Shown: positions 22,301 to 36,430 of the stretch, piece by piece | How the letters are laid out: every line of letters begins with the position of its first letter | Position numbering within the stretch: position 1 is the stretch's first letter | DNA from: Squalus acanthias | Lineage: Eukaryota | Length of the DNA: 64,000 bases | Assembly (NCBI GenBank): GCA_030390025.1 | Contig: JASTWF010000327.1 | Location: 124,001 to 188,000, forward strand | Direction: 5' to 3' | The notes under the pieces: model-generated | Databases searched by the model: none | Seen by the model: the letters and a program-made list of their open reading frames with translations, nothing else | What the model was told of the DNA's origin: nothing | Translations under genes and position numbers: made by a program

Positions 22301-25300
22301 GGGAGAGGGGTTACAGAGTGACAGTATGAGGGGGATGGATTAACCTCAGTCGAGATACAATCAGTAACACAGGGCGCTGGGGGAGGGGTTACTGTATGAC
22401 CGTGAGGGAACTGGATTAACATCAGTAGAGATACAGTCAGTAACACAGGGCGCTGGGGGGAGGGGTTACTGAGTGACAGTGTGAGGGAGCTGGATTAACA
22501 TCAGTACAGATACAGACAGTAACACAGGGCGCTGGGGGAAGGGTTACTGAGTGATAGTTTGAGGGAGCTGGATTAACATCAGTAGAGATACAGACAGTAA
22601 CACAGGGTGCTGGGGGAGGGGTTACTGAGTGACAGTGTGAGGGAGCTGGATTAACATCAGTACAGATACAGTCAGTAACACGGTGCTGGAGGGAGGGGTA
22701 ATTGAGTGATAATGTGAGGGAGCTGGATTAACATCAGTAGAGATACAGTCAGTAACACACGGCGCTGGTGGGGAGGGGTTACTGAGTGACAGTGTGAGGG
22801 AGCTGGATTAACATCAGTAGAGATACAGTCAGTAACACAGGCGCTGGGGGAGGGGTTACTGAGTGACAGTGTGAGGGAGCTGGATTAACATCAGTAGAGA
22901 TACAGACAGTAACACAGGGTGCTGGGGGAGGGGTTACTGAGTGACAGTGTGAGGGAGCTGGATTAACATCAGTAGAGATACAGTCAGTAACACAGGGTGC
23001 TGGGGGAGGGGTTACTGAGTGACAGTGTGAGGGAGCTGGATTAACATCAGTAGAGATACAGTCAGTAACACAGGGTGCTGGGGGAGGGGTTACTGAGTGA
23101 CAGTGTGAGGGAGCTGGATTAACATCAGTAGAGATACAGTCAGTAACACAGGGTGCTGGGGGAGGGGTTACTGAGTGACAGTGTGAGGGAGCTGGATTAA
23201 CATCAGTAGAGATACAGTCAGTAACACAGGGTGCTGGGGAGAGGGTTACTGAGTGACAGTGTGAGGGAGCTGGATTAACATCAGTAGAGATACAGTCAGT
23301 AACACAGGGTGCTGGGGGAGGGGTTACTGAGTGACAGTGTGAGGGAGCTGGATTAACATCAGTAGAGATACAGTCAGTAACACAGGGTGCTGGGGGAGGG
23401 GTTACTGAGTGACAGTGTGAGGGAGCTGGATTAACATCAGTAGAGATACAGTCAGTAACACAGGGTGCTGGGAGAGGGGTTACTGAGTGACAGTGTGAGG
23501 GAGCTGGATTAACATCAGTAGAGATACAGTCAGTAACACAGGGTGCTGGGGGAGGGGTTACTGAGTGACAGTGTGAGGGAGCTGGATTAACATCAGTAGA
23601 GATACAGTCAGTAACACAGGGTGCTGGGGGAGGGGTTACTGAGTGACAGTGTGAGGGAGCTGGATTAACATCAGTAGAGATACAGTCAGTAACACAGGGT
23701 GCTGGGGAGAGGGGTTACTGAGTGACAGTGTGAGGGGTCTGGATTAACATCAGTACAGATACAGTCAGTAACACGGTGCTGGAGGGAGGGGTAATTGAGT
23801 GACAGTGTGAGGGAGCTGGTTTAACATCAGTACAGATACAGTCAGTAACACACGTCGCTGGGGGAGAGGGGTTACTGAGTGACAGTGTGAGGGAGCTGGA
23901 TTAACATCAGTAGAGATACAGTCAGTAACACAGGATGCTGGGGGAGCGGTTACTGTGTGACCGTGTGTGGGAGCTGGATTAACATCTGTAGAGATACAAT
24001 CAGTAACACAGGGCGCTGGGGGAGGGGTTACTGTATGACCGTGAGGGAACTGGATTAACATCAGTAGAGATACAGTCAGTAACACAGGGCGCTGGGGGGA
24101 GGGGTTACTGAGTGACAGTGTGAGGGAACTGGATTAACGTCAGTAGAGATACAGTCAGTAACACGGTGCTGGGGGAGGGGTTACTGAGTGACGGTCAGGG
24201 AGCTGGATTAACATCAGTAGAGATACAGTCAGTAACACAGGGTGCTGGGGGAGGGGTTACTGAGTGACAGTGTGAGGGAGCTGGATTAACATCAGTACAG
24301 ATACAGTCAGTAACACGGTGCTGGAGGGAGGGGTTACTGAGTGATAGTGTGAGGGAGCTGGATTAACATCAGTAGAGATACAGTCAGTGACACAGGGTGC
24401 TGGGGGACGGGTTACTGAGTGACAGTGTGAGGGAGCTGGATTAACATCAGCAGAGATACAGTCAGTAACACAGGGTGCTGGGGGAGGGGTTACTGAGTGA
24501 CAGTGTGAGGGAGCTGGATTAACATCAGTACAGATACAGTCAGTAACACAGGGTGCTGGGGGAGGGGTTACTGAGTGACAGTGTGAGGGAGCTGGATTAA
24601 CATCAGTAGAGATACAGTCAGTAACACAGGGCGCTGGGGGAGGGGTTACTGAGTGACAGTGTGAGGGAGCTGGATTAACATCAGTAGAGATACAGTCAGT
24701 AACACAGGGTGCTGGGGAGAGGGGTTACTGAGTGACAGTGTGAGGGAGCTGGATTAACATCAGTAGAGATACAGTCAGTAACACGGTGCTGGGGGAGGGG
24801 TTACTGAGTGACAGTGTGAGGGAGCTGGATTAACATCAGTACAGATACAGTCAGTAACACGGTGCTGGAGGGAGGGGTTACTGAGTGACAGTGTGAGGGA
24901 GCTGGATTAACATCAGTACAGATACAGACAGTAACACGGTGCTGGGGGAGTGGTTACTGAGTGACAGTGTGAGGGAGCTGGATTAACATCAGTAGAGATA
25001 CAGTCAGTAACACAGGGTGCTGGGGGAGAGGTTACTGAGTGACAGTGTGACGTAACTGGATTAACATCAGTAGAGATATAGTCAGTAACACAGGGTGCTG
25101 GGGGAGGCGTTACTGAGTGACAGTGTGAGTAACTGGATTAACTTCAGTTGAGATACAGTCAGTAACACAAGGTGCTGAGGGAAGGGTTACTGTGTGACAG
25201 TGTGAGGGAGCTGGATTAACATCAGTAGAGATACAGACAGTAACACAGGGTGCTGGGGAGAGGGTTACTGAGTGACAGTGTGAGGGAGCTGGATTAACAT

Positions 25301-28300
25301 CAGTAGAGATACAGTCAGTAACACGGTGCTGGGGGAGGGGTTACTGAGTGACAGTGTGAGGGAGCTGGATTAACATCAGTAGAGATACAGACAGTAACAC
25401 AGGGTGCTGGGGGAGGGGTTACTGAGTGACAGTGTGAGGAGCTGGATTAACATCAGTAGAGATACAGTCAGTAACACAGGGTGCTGGGGGAGGGGTTACT
25501 GAGTGACAGTGTGAGGGAGCTGGATTAACATCAGTAGAGATACAGACAGTAACACAGGGTGCTGGGGGAGGGGTTACTGAGTGACAGTGTGAGGGAGCTG
25601 GATTAACATCAGTAGAGATACAGTCAGTAACACAGGGTGCTGGGGGAGGGGTTACTGAGTGACAGTGTGAGGGAGCTGGATTAACATCAGTAGAGATACA
25701 GTCAGTAACACAGGGCGCTGGGGGAGAGGGGTTACTGAGTGACAGTGTGAGGGAGCTGGATTAACATCAGTAGAGATACAGTCAGTAACACAGGGCGCTG
25801 GGGGAGGGGTTACTGAGTGACAGTGTGAGGGAGCTGGATTAACATCAGTAGAGATACAGTCAGTAACACAGGGCGCTGGGGGAGGGGTTACTGAGTGACA
25901 GTGTGAGGGAGCTGGATTAACATCAGTAGAGATACAGTCAGTAACACGGTGCTGGGGGAGGGGTTACTGAGTGACAGTGTGAGGGAGCTGGATTAACATC
26001 AGTAGAGATACAGTCAGTAACACAGGGTGCTGGGGGAGGGGTTACTGAGTGACAGTGTGAGGGAGCTGGATTAACATCAGTAGAGATACAGTCAGTAACA
26101 CAGGGTGCTGGGGGAGGGGTTACTGAGTGACAGTGTGAGGGAGCTGGATTAACATCAGTAGAGATACAGTCAGTAACACAGGTCGCTGGGGGAGAGGGGT
26201 TACTGAGTGACAGTGTGAGGGAGCTGGATTAACATCAGTAGAGATACAGTCAGTAACACAGGGCGCTGGGGGAGGGGTTACTGAGTGACAGTGTGAGGGA
26301 GCTGGATTAACATCAGTAGAGATACAGTCAGTAACACAGGGTGCTGGGGAGAGGGGTTACTGAGTGACAGTGTGAGGGAGCTGGATTAACATCAGTACAG
26401 ATACAGACAGTAACACAGGTGCTGGGCGGAGGGGTTACTGAGTGACAGTGTGAGGGAGCTGGATTAACATCAGTAGAGATACAGACAGTAACACAGGGCG
26501 CTGGGGGAGGGGTTACTGAGTGACAGTGTGAGGGAGCTGGATTAACATCAGTAGAGATACAGTCAGTAACACAGGGCCTGGGGGAGGGGTTACTGAGTGA
26601 CAGTGTGAGGGAGCTGGATTAACATCAGTAGAGATACAGTCAGTAACACAGGGTGCTGGGGGAGAGGGTTACTGAGTGACAGTGTGAGGGAGCTGGATTA
26701 ACATCAGTAGAGATACAGTCAGTAACACAGGGCGCTGGGGGAGAGGGTTACTGAGTGACAGTGTGAGGAGCTGGATTAACATCAGTAGAGATACAGTCAG
26801 TAACACAGGGTGCTGGGGAGAGGGGTTACTGAGTGACAGTGTGAGGGAGCTGGATTAACATCAGTAGAGATACAGACAGTAACACAGGGCGCTGGGGGAG
26901 GGGTTACTGAGTGACAGTGTGAGGGAGCTGGATTAACATCAGTAGAGATACAGTCAGTAACACAGGGCGCTGGGGGAGGGGTTACTGAGTGACAGTGTGA
27001 GGGAGCTGGATTAACATCAGTAGAGATACAGTCAGTAACACAGGGTGCTGGGGGAGAGGGTTACTGAGTGACAGTGTGAGGGAGCTGGATTAACATCAGT
27101 AGAGATACAGTCAGTAACACAGGGCGCTGGGGGAGAGGGTTACTGAGTGACAGTGTGAGGGAGCTGGATTAACATCAGTAGAGATACAGTCAGTAACACA
27201 GGGCCTGGGGAGAGGGGTTACTGAGTGACAGTGTGAGGGAGCTGGATTAACATCAGTAGAGATACAGTCAGTAACACAGGGCGCTGGGGAGAGGGGTTAC
27301 TGAGTGACAGTGTGAGGGAGCTGGATTAACATCAGTAGAGATACAGACAGTAACACAGGGCGCTGGGGGAGGGGTTACTGAGTGACAGTGTGAGGGAGCT
27401 GGATTAACATCAGTAGAGATACAGTCAGTAACACAGGGTGCTGGGGGAGGGGTTACTGAGTGACAGTGTGAGGGAGCTGGATTAACATCAGTAGAGATAC
27501 AGTCAGTAACACAGGGTGCTGGGGGAGGGGTTACTGAGTGACAGTGTGAGGGAGCTGGATTAACATCAGTAGAGATACAGTCAGTAACACAGGGCGCTGG
27601 GGGAGGGGTTACTGAGTGACAGTGTGAGGGAGCTGGATTAACATCAGTAGAGATACAGTCAGTAACACAGGGTGCTGGGGGAGGGGTTACTGAGTGACAG
27701 TGTGAGGGAGCTGGATTAACATCAGTAGAGATACAGTCAGTAACACAGGGCGCTGGGGGAGGGGTTACTGAGTGACAGTGTGAGGGAGCTGGATTAACAT
27801 CAGTAGAGATACAGTCAGTAACACAGGGCGCTGGGGGAGGGGTTACTGAGTGACAGTGTGAGGGAGCTGGATTAACATCAGTAGAGATACAGTCAGTAAC
27901 ACAGGGTGCTGGGGGAGGGGTTACTGAGTGACAGTGTGAGGGAGCTGGATTAACATCAGTAGAGATACATTCAGTAACACAGGGCACTGGGGAAAGGGGT
28001 TTCTGAGTGACAGTGTGGGGGAGCTGGATTAACATCAGTAGAGATACAGTCAGTAACACAGGGCGCTGGGGGAGGGGTTACTGAGTGACAGTGTGAGGGA
28101 GCTGGATTAACATCAGTAGAGATACAGTCAGTAACACAGGGTGCTGGGGGAGGGGTTACTGAGTGACAGTGTGAGGGAGCTGGATTAACATCAGTAGAGA
28201 TACAGTCAGTAACACAGGTGCTGGGGGAGGGGTTACTGAGTGACAGTGTGAGGGAGCTGGATTAACATCAGTAGAGATACAGTCAGTAACACAGGCGCTG

Positions 28301-31300
28301 GGGGGAGGGGTTACTGAGTGACAGTGTGAGGGAGCTGGATTAACATCAGTAGAGATACAGTCAGTAACACAGGGCGCTGGGGGAGAGGGGTTACTGAGTG
28401 ACAGTGTGAGGGAGCTGGATTAACATCAGTAGAGATACAGTCAGTAACACAGGGTGCTGGGGGAGGGGTTACTGAGTGACAGTGTGAGGGAGCTGGATTA
28501 ACATCAGTAGAGATACAGTCAGTAACACAGGGTGCTGGGGGAGGGGTTACTGAGTGACAGTGTGAGGGAGCTGGATTAACATCAGTAGAGATACAGTCAG
28601 TAACACAGGGTGCTGGGGGAGGGGTTACTGAGTGACAGTGTGAGGGAGCTGGATTAACATCAGTAGAGATACAGTCAGTAACACAGGGTGCTGGGGGAGG
28701 GGTTACTGAGTGACAGTGTGAGGGAGCTGGATTAACATCAGTAGAGATACAGTCAGTAACACAGGGTGCTGGGGGAGGGGTTACTGAGTGACAGTGTGAG
28801 GGAGCTGGATTAACATCAGTAGAGATACAGTCAGTAACACAGGGTGCTGGGGGAGGGGTTACTGAGTGACAGTGTGAGGGAGCTGGATTAACATCAGTAG
28901 AGATACAGTCAGTAACACAGGGCTGGGGGAGGGTTACTGAGTGACAGTGTGAGGGAGCTGGATTAACATCAGTAGAGATACAGTCAGTAACACAGGGTGC
29001 TGGGGGAGGGGTTACTGAGTGACAGTGTGAGGGAGCTGGATTAACATCAGTAGAGATACAGTCAGTAACACAGGGTGCTGGGAGAGGGGTTACTGAGTGA
29101 CAGTGTGAGGGAGCTGGATTAACATCAGTAGAGATACAGTCAGTAACACAGGTGCTGGGGAGAGGGGTTACTGAGTGACAGTGTGAGGGAGCTGGATTAA
29201 CATCAGTAGAGATACAGTCAGTAACACAGGGTGCTGGGGGAGGGGTTACTGAGTGACAGTGTGAGGGAGCTGGATTAACATCAGTAGAGATACAGTCAGT
29301 AACACAGGGTGCTGGGAGAGGGGTTACTGAGTGACAGTGTGAGGGAGCTGGATTAACATCAGTAGAGATACAGTCAGTAACACAGGGTGCTGGGGGAGGG
29401 GTTACTGAGTGACAGTGTGAGGGAGCTGGATTAACATCAGTAGAGATACAGTCAGTAACACAGGTGCTGGGGGAGGGGTTACTGAGTGACAGTGTGAGGG
29501 AGCTGGATTAACATCAGTACAGATACAGTCAGTAACACAGGTGCTGGGGAGAGGGGTTACTGAGTGACAGTGTGAGGGAGCTGGATTAACATCAGTAGAG
29601 ATACAGTCAGTAACACAGGTGCTGGGGGAGGGTTACTGAGTGACAGTGTGAGGGAGCTGGATTAACATCAGTAGAGATACAGTCAGTAACACAGGGTGCT
29701 GGGGGAGGGGTTACTGAGTGACAGTGTGAGGGAGCTGGATTAACATCAGTAGAGATACAGTCAGTAACACAGGGTGCTGGGGGAGGGGTTACTGAGTGAC
29801 AGTGTGAGGGAGCTGGATTAACATCAGTAGAGATACAGTCAGTAACACAGGGTGCTGGGGGAGGGGTTACTGAGTGACAGTGTGAGGGAGCTGGATTAAC
29901 ATCAGTAGAGATACAGTCAGTAACACAGGGCGCTGGGGGAGGGGTTACTGAGTGACAGTGTGAGGGAGCTGGATTAACATCAGTAGAGATACAGTCAGTA
30001 ACACAGGGTGCTGGGGGAGGGGTTACTGAGTGACAGTGTGAGGGAGCTGGATTAACATCAGTAGAGATACAGTCAGTAACACAGGGTGCTGGGGGAGGGG
30101 TTACTGAGTGACAGTGTGAGGGAGCTGGATTAACATCAGTAGAGATACAGTCAGTAACACAGGGTGCTGGGGGAGGGGTTACTGAGTGACAGTGTGAGGG
30201 AGCTGGATTAACATCAGTAGAGATACAGTCAGTAACACAGGGTGCTGGGGGAGGGGTTACTGAGTGACAGTGTGAGGGAGCTGGATTAACATCAGTAGAG
30301 ATACAGTCAGTAACACAGGGTGCTGGGGGAGGGGTTACTGAGTGACAGTGTGAGGGAGCTGGATTAACATCAGTAGAGATACAGTCAGTAACACAGGGTG
30401 CTGGGGGAGGGGTTACTGAGTGACAGTGTGAGGGAGCTGGATTAACATCAGTAGAGATACAGTCAGTAACACAGGGCGCTGGGGGAGGGGTTACTGAGTG
30501 ACAGTGTGAGGGAGCTGGATTAACATCAGTAGAGATACAGTCAGTAACACAGGGTGCTGGGGGAGGGGTTACTGAGTGACAGTGTGAGGGAGCTGGATTA
30601 ACATCAGTAGAGATACAGTCAGTAACACAGGGTGCTGGGGGAGGGGTTACTGAGTGACAGTGTGAGGGAGCTGGATTAACATCAGTAGAGATACAGTCAG
30701 TAACACAGGTGCTGGGGGAGGGGTTACTGAGTGACAGTGTGAGGGAGCTGGATTAACATCAGTAGAGATACAGTCAGTAACACAGGGTGCTGGGGGAGGG
30801 GTTACTGAGTGACAGTGTGAGGGAGCTGGATTAACATCAGTAGAGATACAGTCAGTAACACAGGGTGCTGGGGGAGGGGTTACTGAGTGACAGTGTGAGG
30901 GAGCTGGATTAACATCAGTAGAGATACAGTCAGTAACACAGGGTGCTGGGGGAGGGGTTACTGAGTGACAGTGTGAGGGAGCTGGATTAACATCAGTAGA
31001 GATACAGTCAGTAACACAGGGTGCTGGGGGAGGGGTTACTGAGTGACAGTGTGAGGGAGCTGGATTAACATCAGTAGAGATACAGTCAGTAACACAGGGC
31101 GCTGGGGGAGGGGTTACTGAGTGACAGTGTGAGGGAGCTGGATTAACATCAGTAGAGATACAGTCAGTAACACAGGGTGCTGGGGGAGGGGTTACTGAGT
31201 GACAGTGTGAGGGAGCTGGATTAACATCAGTAGAGATACAGTCAGTAACACGGTGCTGGGGGAGGGGTTACTGAGTGACAGTGTGAGGGAGCTGGATTAA

Positions 31301-34300
31301 CATCAGTAGAGATACAGTCAGTAACACGGTGCTGGGGGAGGGGTTACTGAGTGACAGTGTGAGGGAGCTGGATTAACATCAGTAGAGATACAGTCAGTAA
31401 CACAGGGTGCTGGGGGAGGGTTACTGAGTGACAGTGTGAGGGAGCTGGATTAACATCAGTAGAGATACAGTCAGTAACACAGGGTGCTGGGGGAGGGGTT
31501 ACTGAGTGACAGTGTGAGGGAGCTGGATTAACATCAGTAGAGATACAGTCAGTAACACAGGTGCTGGAGGGAGGGTTACTGAGTGACAGTGTGAGGGAGC
31601 TGGATTAACATCAGTAGAGATACAGACAGTAACACAGGGTGCTGGGGGGAGGGTTACTGAGTGACAGTGTGAGGGAGCTGGATTAACATCAGTAGAGATA
31701 CAGTCAGTAACACAGGGTGCTGGGGGAGGGGTTACTGAGTGACAGTGTGAGGGAGCTGGATTAACATCAGTAGAGATACAGTCAGTAACACAGGGTGCTG
31801 GGGGAGGGGTTACTGAGTGACAGTGTGAGGGAGCTGGATTAACATCAGTAGAGATACAGTCAGTAACACAGGGTGCTGGGGGAGGGGTTACTGAGTGACA
31901 GTGTGAGGGAGCTGGATTAACATCAGTAGAGATACAGTCAGTAACACAGGGTGCTGGGGGAGGGGTTACTGAGTGACAGTGTGAGGGAGCTGGATTAACA
32001 TCAGTAGAGATACAGTCAGTAACACAGGGTGCTGGGGGAGGGGTTACTGAGTGACAGTGTGAGGGAGCTGGATTAACATCAGTAGAGATACAGTCAGTAA
32101 CACAGGGTGCTGGGGGAGGGGTTACTGAGTGACAGTGTGAGGGAGCTGGATTAACATCAGTAGAGATACAGTCAGTAACACAGGGTGCTGGGGGAGGGGT
32201 TACTGAGTGACAGTGTGAGGGAGCTGGATTAACATCAGTAGAGATACAGTCAGTAACACAGGGTGCTGGGGAGAGGGGTTACTGAGTGACAGTGTGAGGG
32301 AGCTGGATTAACATCAGTAGAGATACAGTCAGTAACACAGGGTGCTGGGGGAGGGGTTACTGAGTGACAGTGTGAGGGAGCTGGATTAACATCAGTAGAG
32401 ATACAGTCAGTAACACAGGTGCTGGGGAGAGGGGTTACTGAGTGACAGTGTGAGGGAGCTGGATTAACATCAGTAGAGATACAGTCAGTAACACAGGGTG
32501 CTGGGGGAGGGGTTACTGAGTGACAGTGTGAGGGAGCTGGATTAACATCAGTAGAGATACAGTCAGTAACACAGGGTGCTGGGGAGGGGTTACTGAGTGA
32601 CAGTGTGAGGGAGCTGGATTAACATCAGTAGAGATACAGTCAGTAACACAGGTGCTGGGGGAGGGGTTACTGAGTGACAGTGTGAGGGAGCTGGATTAAC
32701 ATCAGTAGAGATACAGTCAGTAACACAGGTGCTGGGGAGAGGGGTTACTGAGTGACAGTGTGAGGGAGCTGGATTAACATCAGTAGAGATACAGTCAGTA
32801 ACACAGGGTGCTGGGGGAGGGGTTACTGAGTGACAGTGTGAGGGAGCTGGATTAACATCAGTAGAGATACAGTCAGTAACACAGGGTGCTGGGGGAGGGG
32901 TTACTGAGTGACAGTGTGAGGGAGCTGGATTAACATCAGTAGAGATACAGTCAGTAACACAGGGCGCTGGGGGAGGGGTTACTGAGTGACAGTGTGAGGG
33001 AGCTGGATTAACATCAGTAGAGATACAGTCAGTAACACAGGGTGCTGGGGGAGGGGTTACTGAGTGACAGTGTGAGGGAGCTGGATTAACATCAGTAGAG
33101 ATACAGTCAGTAACACAGGGTGCTGGGGGAGGGGTTACTGAGTGACAGTGTGAGGGAGCTGGATTAACATCAGTAGAGATACAGTCAGTAACACAGGGTG
33201 CTGGGGGAGGGGTTACTGAGTGACAGTGTGAGGGAGCTGGATTAACATCAGTAGAGATACAGTCAGTAACACAGGGTGCTGGGGGAGGGGTTACTGAGTG
33301 ACAGTGTGAGGGAGCTGGATTAACATCAGTAGAGATACAGTCAGTAACACAGGGTGCTGGGGGAGGGGTTACTGAGTGACAGTGTGAGGGAGCTGGATTA
33401 ACATCAGTAGAGATACAGTCAGTAACACAGGGTGCTGGGGGAGGGGTTACTGAGTGACAGTGTGAGGGAGCTGGATTAACATCAGTAGAGATACAGTCAG
33501 TAACACAGGGTGCTGGGGGAGGGGTTACTGAGTGACAGTGTGAGGGAGCTGGATTAACATCAGTAGAGATACAGTCAGTAACACAGGGTGCTGGGGGAGG
33601 GGTTACTGAGTGACAGTGTGAGGGAGCTGGATTAACATCAGTAGAGATACAGTCAGTAACACAGGGTGCTGGGGGAGGGGTTACTGAGTGACAGTGTGAG
33701 GGAGCTGGATTAACATCAGTAGAGATACAGTCAGTAACACAGGGTGCTGGGGAGAGGGTTACTGAGTGACAGTGTGAGGGAGCTGGATTAACATCAGTAG
33801 AGATACAGTCAGTAACACAGGGTGCTGGGGGAGGGGTTACTGAGTGACAGTGTGAGGGAGCTGGATTAACATCAGTAGAGATACAGTCAGTAACACGGTG
33901 CTGGGGGAGGGGTTACTGAGTGACAGTGTGAGGGAGCTGGATTAACATCAGTAGAGATACAGTCAGTAACACAGGGTGCTGGGGGAGGGGTTACTGAGTG
34001 ACAGTGTGAGGGAGCTGGATTAACATCAGTACAGATACAGTCAGTAACACAGGGCGCTGGGGGAGGGGTTACTGAGTGACAGTGTGAGGGAGCTGGATTA
34101 ACATCAGTAGAGATACAGTCAGTAACACAGGGTGCTGGGGGAGGGGTTACTGAGTGACAGTGTGAGGGAGCTGGATTAACATCAGTAGAGATACAGTCAG
34201 TAACACAGGGTGCTGGGGGAGGGGTTACTGAGTGACAGTGTGAGGGAGCTGGATTAACATCAGTAGAGATACAGTCAGTAACACAGGGCGCTGGGGGAGG

Positions 34301-35053
34301 GGTTACTGAGTGACAGTGTGAGGGAGCTGGATTAACATCAGTAGAGATACAGTCAGTAACACAGGGCGCTGGGGGAGGGGTTACTGAGTGACAGTGTGAG
34401 GGAGCTGGATTAACATCAGTAGAGATACAGTCAGTAACACAGGTGCTGGGGGAGGGGTTACTGAGTGACAGTGTGAGGGAGCTGGATTAACATCAGTAGA
34501 GATACAGTCAGTAACACAGGGTGCTGGGGGAGGGGTTACTGAGTGACAGTGTGAGGGAGCTGGATTAACATCAGTAGAGATACAGTCAGTAACACAGGGC
34601 GCTGGGGGAGGGGTTACTGAGTGACAGTGTGAGGGAGCTGGATTAACATCAGTAGAGATACAGTCAGTAACACAGGGCGCTGGGGGAGGGGTTACTGAGT
34701 GACAGTGTGAGGGAGCTGGATTAACATCAGTAGAGATACAGTCAGTAACACAGGGTGCTGGGGAGGGGTTACTGAGTGACAGTGTGAGGGAGCTGGATTA
34801 ACATCAGTAGAGATACAGTCAGTAACACAGGGTGCTGGGGGAGGGGTTACTGAGTGACAGTGTGAGGGAGCTGGATTAACATCAGTAGAGATACAGTCAG
34901 TAACACAGGGTGCTGGGGGAGGGGTTACTGAGTGACAGTGTGAGGGAGCTGGATTAACATCAGTAGAGATACAGTCAGTAACACAGGGTGCTGGGGGAGG
35001 GGTTACTGAGTGACAGTGTGAGGGAGCTGGATTAACATCAGATACAGTCAGTA
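19325..35053. repeat. 78-bp satellite array (AGATACAGTCAGTAACACAGGGYGCTGGGGGAGGGGTTACTGAGTGACAGTGTGAGGGAGCTGGATTAACATCAGTAG), about 200 copies, 15.7 kb
   Basis: Clear ~78-bp period; variation is concentrated in the G-rich segment. Confidence 0.98.
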
Positions 35054-35289
35054 TTCTGGGCACAATCCAGCCTGAAATGCCTCAGCCTGGTCTGATGATC
35101 TGTCTCAGTGTTTGTGGCTGTTGGTTTGTGTGAACAAATATATCAGTGATTTTAATGAGACTCTTTCTGTGTCCCAGCTCCTGTAAATACTGGCTGGAAA
35201 GGGGCCGGACTCTCGGGAGGCTCCACACTGCTGGCTGCTCGTGTGTCAGTGATCTCCCATCAGATTAATGTGATTCTTTTTTCAATTGA

Positions 35290-36430
35290 TTTATTCATTC
35301 CTAGGACATGGGCATTGCCAACATTTATTGCCCATCCCTAATTGCCCTTGAAAAAGCGATGGTGAACCGCCTTCTTGAACCGCTGCAGTCCGTGTGGTGA
35401 AGGTGCTCCCACAGTGCTGTTAGGGAGGGTGTTCCAGGATTCTGACCCAGTGACGATGAAGGATCGGCGATTTCCTTCCAAGTCAGGATGTTGTGTGAAT
35501 TTGGAGGTGGTGGTGTTCCCATGCACCTGCTGCCCTTGTCCTTCTAGGTGGATGAGGTCGCGGGTTTGGGAGGTGCTGCTGAAGAATCCTTGGCGAGTTG
35601 CTGCAGTGCATCCTGTAGATGGTACACACTGCAGCCACGGTACGCCGGTGGTGGAGGGAGTGAATGTTTAAGGTGGTGGATGGGGTGCCAGTCAAGCGGG
35701 CTGCTTTGTCCTGGATGGTGTTGAGCTTCTTGAGTGTTGTTGGAGCTGCACTCATCCAGGCAAGTGGAGAGTATTCCATCACACTCCTGACTTGTGCCTT
35801 GTAGATGGTGGAAAGGCTTTGGGGAGTCAGGAGGTGAGACACTCGCCGCAGAATACCTAGCCTCTGACCTGCTCTTGTTGCCACAGTGTTTATGTGGCTG
35901 GTCTAGTTAAGTTTCTGGCCAATGGTGACCCCCAGGATGTTGATGGTGGGAGATTCAACAATGGTGATGCCATTTAATGTCAAAGGTCAGTGGTTAGACT
36001 TTCTCTTGTTGGAGATAGTCATTGCCTGGCACTTGTGTGGCACAAATGTTACTTGCCACTTATCAGACTAAGCCTGAATGTCGTTCAGGTCTTTCTGCAT
36101 GTAGGCATGGACTGGTTCATTATCTGAGGAGTTGAGAATGGAACTGAACACTGTGCAATCATCAGCGAACATCCCCACTTCTGAACTTATGATGGAGAGA
36201 AGGTCATTGATGAAGCAGCTGAAGATGGTTGGGCCTAGGACACTGCCCTGAGGAACTCCTGCAGTGATGTCCTGGGGCTGAGATGATTGGCCTCCAACCA
36301 CCACAACCATCTTCCTTTGTGCCAGGTATGACTCCAGCCAGTGGAGAGTTTCCCCCCTGATCCCCATTGACTTCAACTATGCCACACTCGGTCAAAAGCT
36401 GCCTTGATGTCAAGGGCAGTCACTCTCACC
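35290..36430 (-). mobile_element. CR1-group LINE family B, RT domain to 3' end
   Basis: [26 protein letters not shown] and IYKAQVRSVMEYSPLAW motifs. Confidence 0.9.

Noticed and set aside
19325..35053. CRISPR-like array or mucin-like repeat ORFs
   Set aside because: There are no unique spacers or cas genes and the context is eukaryotic. Minus-strand ORFs are repeatedly frameshifted.
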